DNA of 64,000 nt from Azolla caroliniana (Eukaryota > Plantae > Polypodiophyta), in contig JBHGNT010000018.1 in assembly GCA_043228905.1 (NCBI GenBank), positions 15,128,001-15,192,000 on the forward strand, read 5' to 3'. The notes beneath the pieces are model-generated. The model was not told the DNA's origin and did not search any database. It worked only from the letters and a program-made list of their open reading frames with translations. Within the stretch, counting starts at the first letter, position 1, and every line of letters starts with the position of its first letter. The position numbers and the translations under genes were made by a program. Positions 1 through 12,864 of this stretch are shown in pieces.

Positions 1-2324
1 CATTATATCGTAATGCGTATAGCTCTCTTTTATTTGCAGGGGATGTTGATAGGAGATTCCCGATCTCAATATTAGTAAGACAGGGATGTCCACTTCCTCC
101 TTTCCTGTTTTTATTAGTATCTTAAACATTTTCTGTACATCTAAATTCTCAATATGTAAATATTAAAGGGTTAGCACTACCATTGTCATATGCTACTGTG
201 GATAGCGAGTTTGCTGATGACACAACTTTATATGTTTAGGCCTCACGATTAAATTTGGCACATGTGCAAAAGGCTGTGGATGATTTTTCAGATGTGTCGG
301 GTACATTGATAAATTGGGAGAAGTCATCAGGTTTTTTGGTTGCTCCGGGAGATCTGCTAGTTAATGTGCCTTCTTCAGGATTCACATGGATACCTCAAGG
401 TCAACCCATTAGGTATTTAGGCTGTAGAGTGGGCTTGGGATTAAAGGCAGAGGATATGGTTGCACCCATGTTATTAAGATTAAGGAATAAGCTAATATAC
501 TGGAATAAGGAAAAGCTATCCTTAGCAGGACGTATAGTTGTAGCTAATTTGATGCTTTTGTCCTCGATTTGGTATATAGCATCTACATGACTATTTTCGA
601 GGACAATAATGCTTAAAGTTCAACGCCTAATACGGAATTTTATTTGGGGGAACAATGTGTCTGACAATTCGGTAGCAAAGGTCGCTTGGACGGTTCTTAT
701 ACAATCTAAGCGGAAAGGAGGTCTAGGTTTGATTGATCCTTTTATGCAAAGTAAAGCCTTACTTTCTAAACATGTTGTTAGGAGTTTATTGCCAGGAGAG
801 GAGTTATGGAAAAAGCTATGGATTCGGCATTTACATAACGTCAAGCCATCAATGGAACGATAGTCTAATGTTGTATCCTGACGTTTTTTTAATGGAATAT
901 TTCTGGCATGGGAAATTATTCGTCAAGCACTTGTTTTCTTGCCACCGAAAACTTATACTCAATTCATGTGTCAACCTTTGGTATGAAACCCTTTATTTAC
1001 GGATGAAACTGCATGTGTGTTGGGTCTATGACCTAGGTTATCTTGGGCTGCAATGGACAATGGTCCAGCCCGTACAGTTGAGGATTGGATAAACTTTTTG
1101 CAGACATCGGCTCATGACCGAAAGAATAGGTTGTCTAGTTTAAGAGGGGCAAACATAATGGTAGATCAATTGTCCATGGTGTATCAGGTCACAATACCAA
1201 CTTTGCAGCTCGATCATTTTCAAAGTTGGTACGGTATGTTTTTGACACTTATTATACTTATAGGTGCTCGTTTATATCATCAAAATGGCAGCCTTCACTT
1301 CTATGAAGTGTTGGATAATGGTAGGTTGGTATTAGTAGATGACGAGTCTCCAATTATGTTTGCTGTGAAGCAGTTACTAGTGTGAGTAATTGCTAGATTG
1401 GATAAAAAATTGTTTATTGACCCTAGTCCCATAATTGCTAACTATGCATCTCATATTTGGGTTTTACACTCTAGACCACTTGTTGATCTGCAGTGGGATC
1501 CTCCAGATTATGGTTGGAAATTGTCCATGCCTAATAATTCCATTAAGGTTCTCCCATTCTTCACATATTCGGTGGCATTCGGGAGAAACTTTATGTTGAG
1601 TCAGATTGAGCCAGTACTTGTGGGAAAAAAGTATTGGGAGGAAGGTAATGTATCATCTACTCATATGATGATGTTTTGGAAACAGTTTTGGTCAATTAAA
1701 TGTATGAACAAGATATTACACTTTCGTTGGTTGATGATTCATTATGCGTTGCCAGTAGGTGATTTGATGAGGGGATCTGTAGCTAATCGGTCATATGTTA
1801 TGTGTGGTTATGTATGTGAGTCATTGCATCATGTATTTTGGGAATGTGTTGTCGCAAATTTTTTTTGGTTTAGAATGCTTAGGCTACTAGGTCGTAAGTA
1901 TAGGTCGGGGATTTTTACGTGGGGTGCAGTCTTATGGGGAAGGTTAGATCAACAAATGACTTTCTATCATCATCATTCTTCTTCTTTGTCATTACGTGTC
2001 AGAATTTTGCAGGTATACTCTACTTCAACCTCCTTCCAGGGAATCAAGTTTTTCTCCCATAGTCACGTCTTGCAAATTGTCTCCTCTTTGGTTTTATGGG
2101 TTCTTTGGAAAGCTAGGTGCTCCAAGCTATACAATGATGAAAACATTCACATCGTGGATCAGGTTAAGTCTTTTTGGGACTTATTGGTACATACAATTAA
2201 ATGTGAATATGATAGTTATAAGGGTTCTGGACACAAAACTAATAAGAAAAGAATGAGAATTCGTAAAGTTTGGTCATCTATACCTATTATGTTGAATGAA
2301 GGCGCAGATGTCAAGTGGAACTAT
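1..2324 (+). pseudogene. Decayed LINE (L1-like) ORF2: RT domain and C-terminal zf-RVT region; 5' part lies outside the window
   Basis: RQGCPL and SEFADDTTL motifs at about 78-230; ORF fragments with LINWEKS, IRYLG, LSLAGRIVVAN, KGGLGL; CCHC-like CGYVCESLHHVFWEC and LWVLWKARC in 1398-2330; many stops and frameshifts. Confidence 0.9.
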
Positions 2325-2631
2325 TGTTGAGAACTGAACTCAACTTCCCATAGATAGGTTTCACACTAGCTCATGGACATGTTGGGCTAGTTTTGTAAAT
2401 AGTAGAAAGGGCACTTGCCCTAGCTTAGTTGGTATATAAACCAACGCATTGTAACTTAGTAACTGTTTGATGTTTTATGTTTTGATGTATTTTTGGTTAA
2501 TACACAATTTATTTCCATCTCTGTCTTAAAAGCTCTCTCTCTCTCTCTCTCTCTCTCCCTCTGTTGCTACACACACACTCTCTTTCATCTTCCGCTGCAT
2601 TACAACCACTCTTCCTCCTCATTTCTTTACA
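2325..2631 (+). repeat. 5' LTR of copia A
   Basis: Near-identical to 15184-15488; TATATAAA near 2433; (CT)n tract. Confidence 0.95.
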
Positions 2632-2642
2632 TGGTATCAGAG
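2632..2642 (+). promoter_or_regulatory. PBS of A (initiator tRNA-Met)
   Basis: TGGTATCAGAG directly after LTR CA, the canonical plant tRNAi-Met PBS. Confidence 0.9.
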
Positions 2643-2747
2643 TGTGTGGTTGCCTGATCAAGCATTTTCGATTGTGTTGTGCTGCATGCCGACGACCAAC
2701 AGAACCAGCCCATCGACAGACTCGAAGAAGCCACCATGAATACTCAC

Positions 2748-5109
2748 ATGGGAAGCGCTCTTCCTATTGAGAAGCTCAACTGAACGAACTTTGCATCTTG
2801 GGAATACAAGATGCATCAATACCTTGTCGGACAAGGCTACTGGAGCTACATTGAAGGAGCTCACGAATCACACCCCAACCCAACACACACCGACTATCCC
2901 GCTTGGGAGCAGGCCGCAAGCCATGTGTTGTATTGTCTCACATCATGCGTTCATGATCATATGCTTGGCTACATTTGAGAGGCTAAAACACCGAAGCAGG
3001 CATGGGAAAACCTCAAGAAGATTTTCGCAGCCAATACGGCCGCACAAAAGCTCCAACTTCGTCAGGAGTTGAACAATCTTCAACAAAGGGACATGTCAAT
3101 CGACAACTACACCTTAAAGATCAAGGAATTGTGTGATGCCCTTGGATCGATCAATGTTAGCATTGATGACGAAGAAATGGTGCAGATATGCCTCGGTGGC
3201 TTGGCACCGCGTTTTGACGCAATAAGATCGGTCGTTCTCGCAAGAGAGAATCCTCCCTCCTTTTTTTATCTCCAATCATTGTTGCTAGTCGAAGGGAATC
3301 ACGTGCGTCAAAGAAACAACGCACATGAAGGACAAATGCTATACTCGAACTTTGATGGAGGAAGAGAACAAAGTCGTGGAAGGAGAGGTCGATTCGACCA
3401 AGGCCGACACAACCAAGAGTGTAACTCCCACCAATGGCAAGCGGACAAAAACGGCCCCAGAGAGTTCGGTGGAAGGGGGAGTCATCATGCCGGACCAAGC
3501 AACCATAGGAACCCAGTTGAGTGCGGGTACTGCGGAAAACCCAGCCACTACGAAGAGGAGTGTCGGAAGAAGAAGCGTGAGCAAGGCCAACAAATAACAA
3601 ATTACGCCACGAACTCCGACTACGGTGACCGCGGCGGAATGTTCATAATGAAGCACGAAGCGCACTCAATGTCCGCACTTGTGTCAACTACCGCTTCCAC
3701 TCCGAACAACATATGGTTTGTCGATTTGGGAGCATCCAATCACATGACATCCCATGAAGATTGGTTTTGGGAACTACAGAAGCCCGAACGTCCCGGATAT
3801 GTCGAAAGAGGAGATGACACGACTCACCCCATACAACATATCGGGAACGTCCCATTCGGAAACGACGGCAAATAGACCTACCTCAAGAACGTGTTGCATG
3901 TCCCCACTATTACGAAAGACCTGGTATCGGTTGGCTAGATTGTCGAGCAAGGAATGCAAGTACGCTTCAATAATGATGGGTGCTTCATCGAAAAAGGCGA
4001 TCAAGTCATAGCTCACGACCGTCGTGAAGGCCGTATGTTCATCCTCGAATCGAGCGAGGTAAAGTTGGCCATGTATGCAAAGGGCCAGAAAGTCGAAACC
4101 TACTTGAAACTGTGGCACAAGAGAATCAGCCACATCAATCTCCAGAAGCTCCAGAACATGCAATCGAAAGGAGTTGTAATCAGACTCCTGAACTTTACCG
4201 CAAAGGAGATTACGAGCGTATGTGAAGCATGTCAGTTCGAAAAGCAACGCCGTCACCCATTCCCTAATGAGCAGAATGTGAAGAAAGGGATCCTGGGTGT
4301 AATACATTCAGATGTATGGGGACCATCCTAGACAACAACATTCTGCGGATGCCGATACTATGTCACGTTGTGAAGAAAGGGATCCTGGATGTAATACATT
4401 CAGATGTATGGGGACCATCCTAGACAACAACATTCGGCGGATGCCGATACTATGTCACGTTCATCGACGACTTCTCCAGGAACACCTGGATCTATCCGAT
4501 GAAGCAGAAGAGTGAAGTGTTCAGGCACTTCCAGAAATTCAAGGCCGAAGTCGAAAAAACCACGGGTCGGCATATACGCTATCTTCAATCAGATGGAGGC
4601 AAAGAATATTTTTTGGATGAATTTTGGGCATATCTCTGAAAAGAAGGAATCTGACAAGAGTTCTCGTGTCGACACACGCCTCAGCAAAAGGGCGTAGCAG
4701 AGCGTAAAAATCGCCATGTAGTAGAAGTCGCACGAGCCATGATGAACGAGAAGAACCTGCCGAAATCATATTGGGCAGAAGCGGCAAATACGGTCGTATA
4801 TCTCATGAGTACAACCTCAGGAGTACACGATATAACTCCGCATGAGAAATTCTTCGGAAAGAATCTGGACTTGTCACATGTTCAGATTTACGGTTCTATC
4901 GCCAACGTACATATTCCCGACAATACACGGAAAAAGCTTGACCCAAAGTCGTAGAAATGTATCCTCGTAGGATACTCAGTCGAACAGAAGGGGTACAAAT
5001 GCTACAACCCATCTACCCATAAGGTTCGAACAAGTCGAGACGTAGTCTTCGACGAATACGCATCCTGGTACACACCAGTGAATACTTCAACTCCAACCCC
5101 GCTCGACGC
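2748..5109 (+). pseudogene. Copia A gag, protease, integrase (disrupted)
   Basis: Zinc knuckle CGYCGKPSHYEEEC, protease WFVDLGASNHM, integrase LWHKRISH..CEAC, IHSDVWGP, WAEAANT; 92-bp tandem duplication at 4277-4460. Confidence 0.9.
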
Positions 5110-6266
5110 TGTCGTGAAGATCCGTCACTACGCGCGGATCGTGGGGCGGAACCGCCGGGGTTCTGGACCGGAAGGATTCAAAGTCGGTACAAGCTTTGGT
5201 GTAAGCTTTAGCGAGAAAGTACTTAAGATAGATTGGGAAAGAGAGAAGTTGAGATCACACGATTGAGAGAGATTGATTGAAGTTTTAACTTTAGATTTAA
5301 GAAACGAGTTACACGATCAATTTGATAACGAATTTCTTCCTCTTAATTTTCATAAAAAAAAACCGTTTTTTTCTCCTCCCCCTTCCCTCTTTTATAGATG
5401 CTCTCATGCATACGATGCATGTGAGGGTACAAGACATGCATAAATTGCATGTTTGCCATTTGGCACTTAAGTATTACATGTGGTGCATGATAACCATGTC
5501 ACTCATTTTAGCTCTCATGTATGAGAATTTACATGTAAAAGTACAATGATAGAAATATAATTTCAACTAAATAGCATGGCTTAATGGTAAGCCAATTGAC
5601 TCCTAACTTGGAGGTGCAAGGTTTGAATCTTTACTTGCCCTCCTTTTATATGTAAATATGTATATATATTTATATATTTATTTATCTAGTCGCCAAGCGC
5701 TGGTTACTTGTGCGTCGCCGGATGCCGTCGCCGTATACCGGTGCCGTCGCCGAATACCGGTGCCATCACCGGATGCCGTCGGTTACCGGTGCCTCGCCGG
5801 ATGCCGTCGCCGGATACCAGCTCCATCGCCGGATGCCGTCGGTTACCGGTGCCGGATTGCCGCCGGATCACCGGCTCCATCGCCGGTCCGGTTTTGGTTG
5901 GCCAAAACCCTTTACGAGTAACTAGCCCACCTCCACTCTTAGTTCAAGTTACCTTGAACTCTCTATGCTCCACACATAGACACAAAGATAATATCTTTTG
6001 CTCCACTTTATATATGATGAGAGCTGTATTTGTCGTGCCTATGTGGGATATCTCACAATTTTCTCATTTCCTTTCACAAACTTTATACCCTCATATCTTG
6101 ACATTTAGTTGTCCATTTCTCGTGTAATAAAGTGCATTTGAAACCTCCATCATTTTGTACTTCGATATTAAAAATGTTATCTTCACAATTATTGTATTAT
6201 GTGATTCATACTCGATTTCGTACGTTTTATGGGATTTTCACACTATTGCCGAAAATCTTCACGACA
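5110..6266 (-). repeat. 3' LTR of B (1157 bp), with GC-rich CGCCGGATGCCGT minisatellite at about 5715-5890
   Basis: Matches 11954-12860, which lacks about 250 bp including the minus-strand TATATAAA at about 6007-6014. Confidence 0.93.
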
Positions 6267-6338
6267 TCCACCCCCACCAAACCGCACGTCCTCCGGTACG
6301 TGCCAAGAAGAGAAGAAGTGAGATTTCGGCTACGATGA

Positions 6339-9300
6339 TCAATTAGATTCCTCCATGTCTTCATTTTCATCTGGCCTATTATGTTCATCGTCGAGGTAAT
6401 CGAGGTCAGGATCCTTGTCTTGTCTTTTCTTGAAAAGCTTTACTCTTTTTCCCGCAATGGGTATGACCAACCTTGATCCGTCTAGTTCCGCAAGGTGGTA
6501 TGTGGCATTATCGTTGGCACTTGTCACCACATATGACCCCGAACCATCTTCTTGCGAACTTCCTTGTTGTACTGTGTTGATTTTCAAGGGTGCTATCGTA
6601 AACCAAAACCCAATCCCCTTCTTCAATCTTCTTGGGATGAAGTCGATGCGTGTTGTCGAACCGAACTTTGTTCTTTACTCGGGCTGCCTTCATCATCTTT
6701 CGCGCTTTTTCTAAATCTTCAGGTCTTCTTTAAAGTTGCCTTATCCGCGCCGCTAATAATTCTTCTCGGCTCATCTCGTTCTCCTACGGTATCGCTACCC
6801 ATGAGGCGATCGTCCTTTCGATGGGCATAATCGGCTTTTGTCCATACACAAGCTCCGTCGGCATATACCCTGTCACCGAGCTATGTGTCGTTCTATCGGC
6901 CCACAAGGCATAGGGTAATAGTCGTGGCCAATTCCTGACTCGACCGTTGCATGCCCGTACGATGGCTTTAACGATAGGTCCATGCCCTCGCTTGATCTTC
7001 CCATTTGCTTCCGGATTATAGGCAGTCGTGAGGGAGAGCTTCACGCCTAGTCTTTCGAAGAGCTCCATCGCTTCGTGGGCGTCCAACTCCCCTCGGTCGG
7101 CCACTATCTTCCCTACACATCCATATCGACAAACAACATCTTCAAGTAGAAATTTGCAAACGGCTGAAGTCGTCTTATTTGTTAAGGCTTGTCCTTCCAC
7201 TTGATTTGTCAAGTCTTCCCTTGCCAGTGCTAAGTACTTCATTTGTCCCACTCCCATTGGCATCGAGACCAGATCCACCATCCATTTGAAGTGTATGGTG
7301 AGTGGGTATGTCAGCTTTAACTCATCACGATGACGTATATTTGAATATACTTGGCAAGTTTCGCATGTGGACACGAAATGGAGTACATCTTTGTACATGC
7401 TTGGCCACCAGTACTTCTCCTTCAACTTTTCGAACGTCGCCCATGTTCCTCTATGACCTGCCCAAGCACTCTCATGGAATTCGGTCATCAGCATCTCTTG
7501 CTCTTCTTTCTTTACCACCACTCGTCGTGGTATTCCTGTCCTTCTTTTTGGATGTCGCCAAAGGAATCCTCCCTTCAAGAAGTATCGGTAAGCTTTCTTT
7601 CGGATTCGTAGGGCCTCCTCCTTTGTCAACGAAGCATCTGTCGTCAATGTTCTTAGGAATCTACCGATGAGTAACCATTCTCCTTCGTACTCATTCTCGT
7701 TGAAGGCGTGGAGGGTTTGCGTGTCCTGGTGTTCCGCCGACAATCGAGCCATCTTGAAGAAGTCGAGCGCGACATCTTCATCTTCTGAAACCATGTTACT
7801 TCCATTTGAAAATCTTGCCCTCGACAGCATGTCAGCCATGGCGTTCTTCTTCCCTGCAATGTGACGGATCTCTGGGTTTAAAGACTTGATGTAGGCGATC
7901 CACCTTAGCATAGCAAGATCTGGCGTCGCACATCCCGAGACCATTCCGAGAATTGGGAGACAATCTGTCTCTATTATCACTTCTGACCCGATCAGGTAAT
8001 CTTTGTCCGTCTTCACTGCTGACACAATACCCCAAAGTTCCCGCTTGACTTGGGCATATCTTTGTTGTCGTTCGTTGAGAACGTTTGCTCCGAACCGGAT
8101 GGCATATCGCGTATTATCTTCATCTTCTTGGTTGATGACCCACCCGATTCCAGTTGGACTCGTATCTACGGTCACGTAAATTGGTTTCCCTTCGGCATAG
8201 TCGGCCTTCCTTAGTGCCGGAGCTTGAAGAAGCAGTTTCTTTAATCTTCGTATCGCCTTTGTGTGCTCATCTCGCCATTCGAACTTTATTCTTTTCTTTA
8301 GTAGTCCATATAACGGTTCGGCGACATGAGCGTAGTGAGGAATCCATATATCATAAAATGCGCACGCTCCAAGGAACCTTCGAACCTACGTTTGGTTTTC
8401 GCATTCTTCTTTCATGTCTTGGATTGCGTTCACTTTGGATGGCGAGGGCTTCCGGCCATATGCTCCACACAAGTGACCTACCACCAAGATCTCCGGTTGC
8501 CCGAATGTGGATTTTTCTCCCGAAAATGTCAAATTCACATCTTTGAGCCTTTGAAGCACCTTCTCGCAATCTTTCATATGATCCGCAACGAACTTTCTAC
8601 AACCTTCCTTATCTTTCGATTCATCTTTCTCCTCATCCGAACATCCTTTTATCGGAATATCATCCAAGAATAGCATCGGGATGTCCGGAATGCAATCCTT
8701 CAAGACTTTATTCATGGCATTCACCATATGAGCCACCGAGTTCGTTGCGCCTTGGGGTAAGGTACACATCCGCACAACCCCGATCGGAGTCCTCATGGTT
8801 GTAATGTCCCGACTATCGATCGCCAATTGGAATTGGTCATATCCGGAGTAGAGATCGCCAATGATCCATTCTTCTTCGGCACCGTGAACCACCTATTGGA
8901 ATAAGGAGCATTCGACGGTTCTAGAATTCCCATACTCACCTTCTCCTTTAAGAGCTCGATCAACTTCGGAAGGTGTGCTCTCGGAACCGGTATCGGTTTC
9001 AAATTCCAAGGCACATGAGGCACCGTGAAGATCACCATCGGCTCTATAACCTTTGGGTCGGCGCATCCGATTTCTCGTGGGAAGAATGTGAAAGCCTTCC
9101 CATGTCTCTCAAGCATATCGCGAAACATTCGCTCCTCTTCAGGGAGAAGGAAATCCTCCTTTCCAACTCGTAGCTTCCCCTTCGTCTCTTTGGTGAAGAC
9201 ATGACCTATCTTCTTCGGATCTCTTAAGCTTGGATCGTTAGCGAGTTCCTTCATCTTTTGCTAGCTATCTTCCGGTAGCGGAACCGCAACTGGCTTGATC

Positions 9301-9717
9301 TTCTTATCCACCGTTTTATATTTCGTGTTGATGTCAGCTTCCTTCATCGAGATGCCACGACGATATTCATCGATGATAGCGTACATGTTGACCGAGTTAA
9401 CCGAAATCATGTGTTGGTTGTGAAGATAGCTCAAGTCCACGACGTCCTCGATTTCGCCGATGGTGTCGTTAAATGAGGCTTCTTCCATAATATGAGTCAC
9501 GAACTCTCCTTCTTCTATTATATTCTCTTCTTTCAGCATCTTCTCGAATTCTTGTATCCGGCGCTTGTGCTTCCTGTCGGGTAGTACTAGTTTACATGCG
9601 CCACTAGGTGTGACACATGTTGCTTCTCCTTGCAATCCACGCACTCTTCTTTCTTGTGGGGTCTTGTGATTGCTCGGACTATTTGTGCCCCATGCTTCAA
9701 TAGTCCGCTCTAAAAAT
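6339..9717 (-). pseudogene. B pol: RT, RNase H, integrase (disrupted)
   Basis: PVPRAHLPK, GDLYSGYDQ, LPQGATNSV, FLDDIPIKG, VDTSPTGIG, HESAWAGH..CETC, ADRGE, YNPEANG. Confidence 0.92.
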
Positions 9718-11886
9718 ACGAGGATTTGCCTCCGAGACTATCTCGATTCCTTTCATGATTGGCTCGCACTGTTAGGAATTGGACCGATCTTTGGTTGTCA
9801 AGACTCTTTATTCGTGCGAAGGCTGCTCCATTATCAAACACTTTGGTCTCCATCCGAGATGATGTGATATAAGGTTTCCCTAGGATGACAGGATGCGACG
9901 CCGATTCTTGTACGAAGAAGTGTTGATCCATCTCCACATCCCCGATCGTGACTTTGACATTGGGACAAGCTCCATACAAATCCTCCGTAGACTTTGTTGC
10001 CGCGCGAATCTTCTATCCGTGGTTTGTATTGATTGGCCATCTTCCTTTTTTGTAGAAGTCGGTTGACATGAGGTTGATCTCCGAGCCGTGGTCGATCAAG
10101 GCTACCACGGTCTCTTTCTTCTCCCCGATCTTCACCGGCGTCTCCGTTGTCGCTCGTGCCCAATGAGGTCGAGTGTAGTAGCTGTCCACCATATCTTCAT
10201 CGATTTCGTCTCTTGCCATCGTTATGGCATTTGTTTTTGCTTTTTGCGGCTTCTCTTCTTCCGCGTCTGATTGTTGTCTCTTTCTCTTTACAAGGTCCAC
10301 GATCGTGTCATGGAACTCCTTCTTCGTAATGCCAAGCAATTCCCTCAAGGACAAAGTTATGTGGCTATCAAGAACTCGTTCTTCGAGAATCTTCTTTAGG
10401 TCCGTTGTCTGCTCTATATCCGACCATAGCTTATAGGTAGGTATAGTCCTAGTCCTCCGAGCGGGGTCTTCGACACCAACCTTCACGGGCCGCATTGTTT
10501 CTTCAACTCGTATGCTCGGCTCCCCTTTTCGGCTTGATTCTCGTTCCTCCGATTGTAACGGTCGAACCGTCTCTGCATCGTCCTTCTTTTTTGCGTTCCT
10601 TGTTTCATGTCTTTTAGATGGGCCTTGCTCTTCTATTCTCTTTCTCTTTTCTTCGACGAACACCTCGTGGTTGTCGCACATCACCTCTGCGAGTATGGTG
10701 TTGTCGTCCACCGGATCCGACCACCCGGTTATGCTTTGCACGCTTCGGTCCGCAAGCTCTACCTCGTTCGATGCGATTTTTCCCTTCTTCTCATATTCGA
10801 GAACGGAAGTCCAAAACTTTGCTCCCGCTCTAGCAGCTTCAGTCTTGTCTTTCCAGACTCTTATTCCGGCCGATGCAGCATAGTGCATCGCATCCACATG
10901 AGTCGCATCGGCATCCTCCATAGATCTCTTCATTCCTCCTCTTCCGAAATTCACCCGTAGGGGTCTTCTAGTCTCGCTTGAGCAGATCATGTTGTCCTCT
11001 ATGTATACGATATTTTGTCGAATCGCCTCTCGAAGGCTCGCACAATCCCTTCTCATGTGGTCCATGCTATCGCACCACACGCATCTAAAGGGTTCTTTTC
11101 CTTTAGGGCCCCGACGATTCATGTTGGCTAGCGTGACCTTCTCGAACTTCTTCGCTAGCTCTTCAATGATGTTGTCATCAATCTTCTTTTCTGCCACGTT
11201 ACTTTGTCTTGGCGGCTCAACTACTTTCGGCGGTCTTGCTTTCTCCGTGGTAGTCGGTCCCGTCAAGTCGGTGTCATGAACCCATTGCATGCCCGCTTCA
11301 CCGCGATCCAGTTCGCTACGAGCCCATTTGCTTGGGTATCATCTTCGACAAGAGTCCCCAACTCCCATCTATCCTTTATGTCCACGGCCTTCAAGAAGTA
11401 CAAAGTCTTGTCCTCTTCAAGCAACACTTGGTCCGTATTGGGGAGACGACTAAACATCTGGTCGAATTCGTCGTACACCCTCGAGACGCTCATCTTCTTA
11501 TTCTTCTTCTCTATCCACTTCATCAGGGCATGTCGAGTCATCCTCGTGGAGTCTTCAGTCACGAACTCCGCTAGTATCGTTTTCTCGAACTCGGACCATG
11601 TTGTCTTACCTTCTTGAAGCTCGATGACGCGTCTTTGGATGTTGTTGGCGACAACTCTCTTGAAGCTTGCGATTTGACGTGCCTCGGACACGTCCCTCTG
11701 ATTCATCTCCCTTCTATATGCATCAAGGAACTTCGTAATGTTCCTTCCATCGAATTGGCCCTCGAGCTCTACGACACAATCGACAGCCTTCTCCACGCTC
11801 GCATCGTTGTCCCGAGATCTCATCATTTGCTCGACGATTAGCATCATCCTTTCGAGCTCTCCCGCTTGGTTGCTTGAGGACGCCAT
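9710..11886 (-). pseudogene. B gag-protease ORF (frameshift near 11280, internal stop)
   Basis: FDGRNITKFLDAY, zinc knuckle CVWCDSMDHMRRDC, protease ALIDHGSEINLM, VILGKPY. Confidence 0.88.
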
Positions 11887-11927
11887 CTCCAAGTATTAAT
11901 CTCGACTTGATCCTTCCTACCGCCTCT

Positions 11928-11945
11928 TTCACGTCGGGTTCACCA
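11928..11945 (-). promoter_or_regulatory. PBS of B (tRNA-Trp)
   Basis: Minus strand TGGTGAACCCGACGTGAA, complementary to the recalled plant tRNA-Trp 3' end ..UUCACGUCGGGUUCACCA; 8-nt spacer from the LTR. Confidence 0.85.
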
Positions 11946-11953
11946 TTTTATTA

Positions 11954-12860
11954 TGTCGTGAAGATCCGTCACTACGCGCGGATCGTGGGGCGGAACCGCC
12001 GGGGTTCTGGACCGGAAGGATTCAAAGTCGGTACAAGCTTTGGCGTAAGCTTTAGCGAGAAAGTACTTAAGATAGATTGGGAAAGAGAGAAGTTGAGATC
12101 ACACGATTGAGAGAGATTGATTGAAGTTTTAACTTTAGATTTAAGAAACGAGTTACACGATCAATTTGATAACGAATTTCTTCCTCTTAATTTTCATAAA
12201 AAAAACCCGTGTTTTTTCTCCTCCCCCTTCCCTCTTTTATAGATGCTCTCATGCATACGATGCATGTGAGGGTACAAGACATGCATAAATTGCATGTTTG
12301 CCATTTGGCGCTTAAGTATTACATGTGGTGCATGATAACCATGTCACTCATTTTAGCTCTCATGTATGAGAATTTACATGTAAAAGTACAATGATAGAAA
12401 TATAATTTCAACTAAATAGCATGGCTTAATGGTAAGCCAATTGACTCCTAACTTGGAGGTACAAGGTTCGAATCCTTACTTGCCCTCCTTGTATATGTAA
12501 ATATGTATATATATTTTTATATTTATTTATCTAGTCGCCGGTTGCCGTCGGTTACCGGTGCCGTCGCCGGATGCCGTCAGTTAGCAGTGCCTTGCCGGGT
12601 GCCGCCGCCGGATGCCGTCGGTTACCGGTGCCGGATGCCATTTAGTTGTCCATTTTCTCTTTTCCTTTCACAAACTTTATACCCTCATATGTTGACATTT
12701 AGTTGTCCATTTCTCGTGTAATAAAGTGCATTCGAAACCTCCATCATTTTGTACTTAGATATTAAAAATGTTATCTTCACAATTATTGTATTATGTGATT
12801 CATACTCGATTTCGTACGTTTTATGGGATTTTCACACTATTGCCGAAAATCTTCACGACA
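11954..12860 (-). repeat. 5' LTR of B (907 bp, internally deleted)
   Basis: TG..CA termini; adjacent PBS on the minus strand. Confidence 0.93.
12415..12486 (+). promoter_or_regulatory. tRNA-like Pol III A-box/B-box unit inside the B LTR (second copy at about 5570-5641)
   Basis: A box TGGCTTAATGG 12422-12432; B box GGTTCGAATCC 12465-12475; stems GGCTT/AAGCC, CTCC/GGAG, AAGG/CCTT; no convincing acceptor stem. Confidence 0.7.
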
Positions 12861-12864
12861 ACGC

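Larger units (their letters stand above)
5110..12860 (-). mobile_element. Ty3/gypsy LTR retrotransposon B (tRNA-Trp primed, 4-bp TSD)
   Basis: LTRs 5110-6266 and 11954-12860 with 12-bp terminal inverted repeat TGTCGTGAAGAT; TSD ACGC at 5106-5109 and 12861-12864; gag-PR-RT-RH-INT on the minus strand. Confidence 0.95.

Noticed and set aside
5570-5641. Possible true tRNA gene
   Set aside because: No proper 7-bp acceptor stem or 7-nt anticodon loop; kept only as a tRNA-like Pol III unit.
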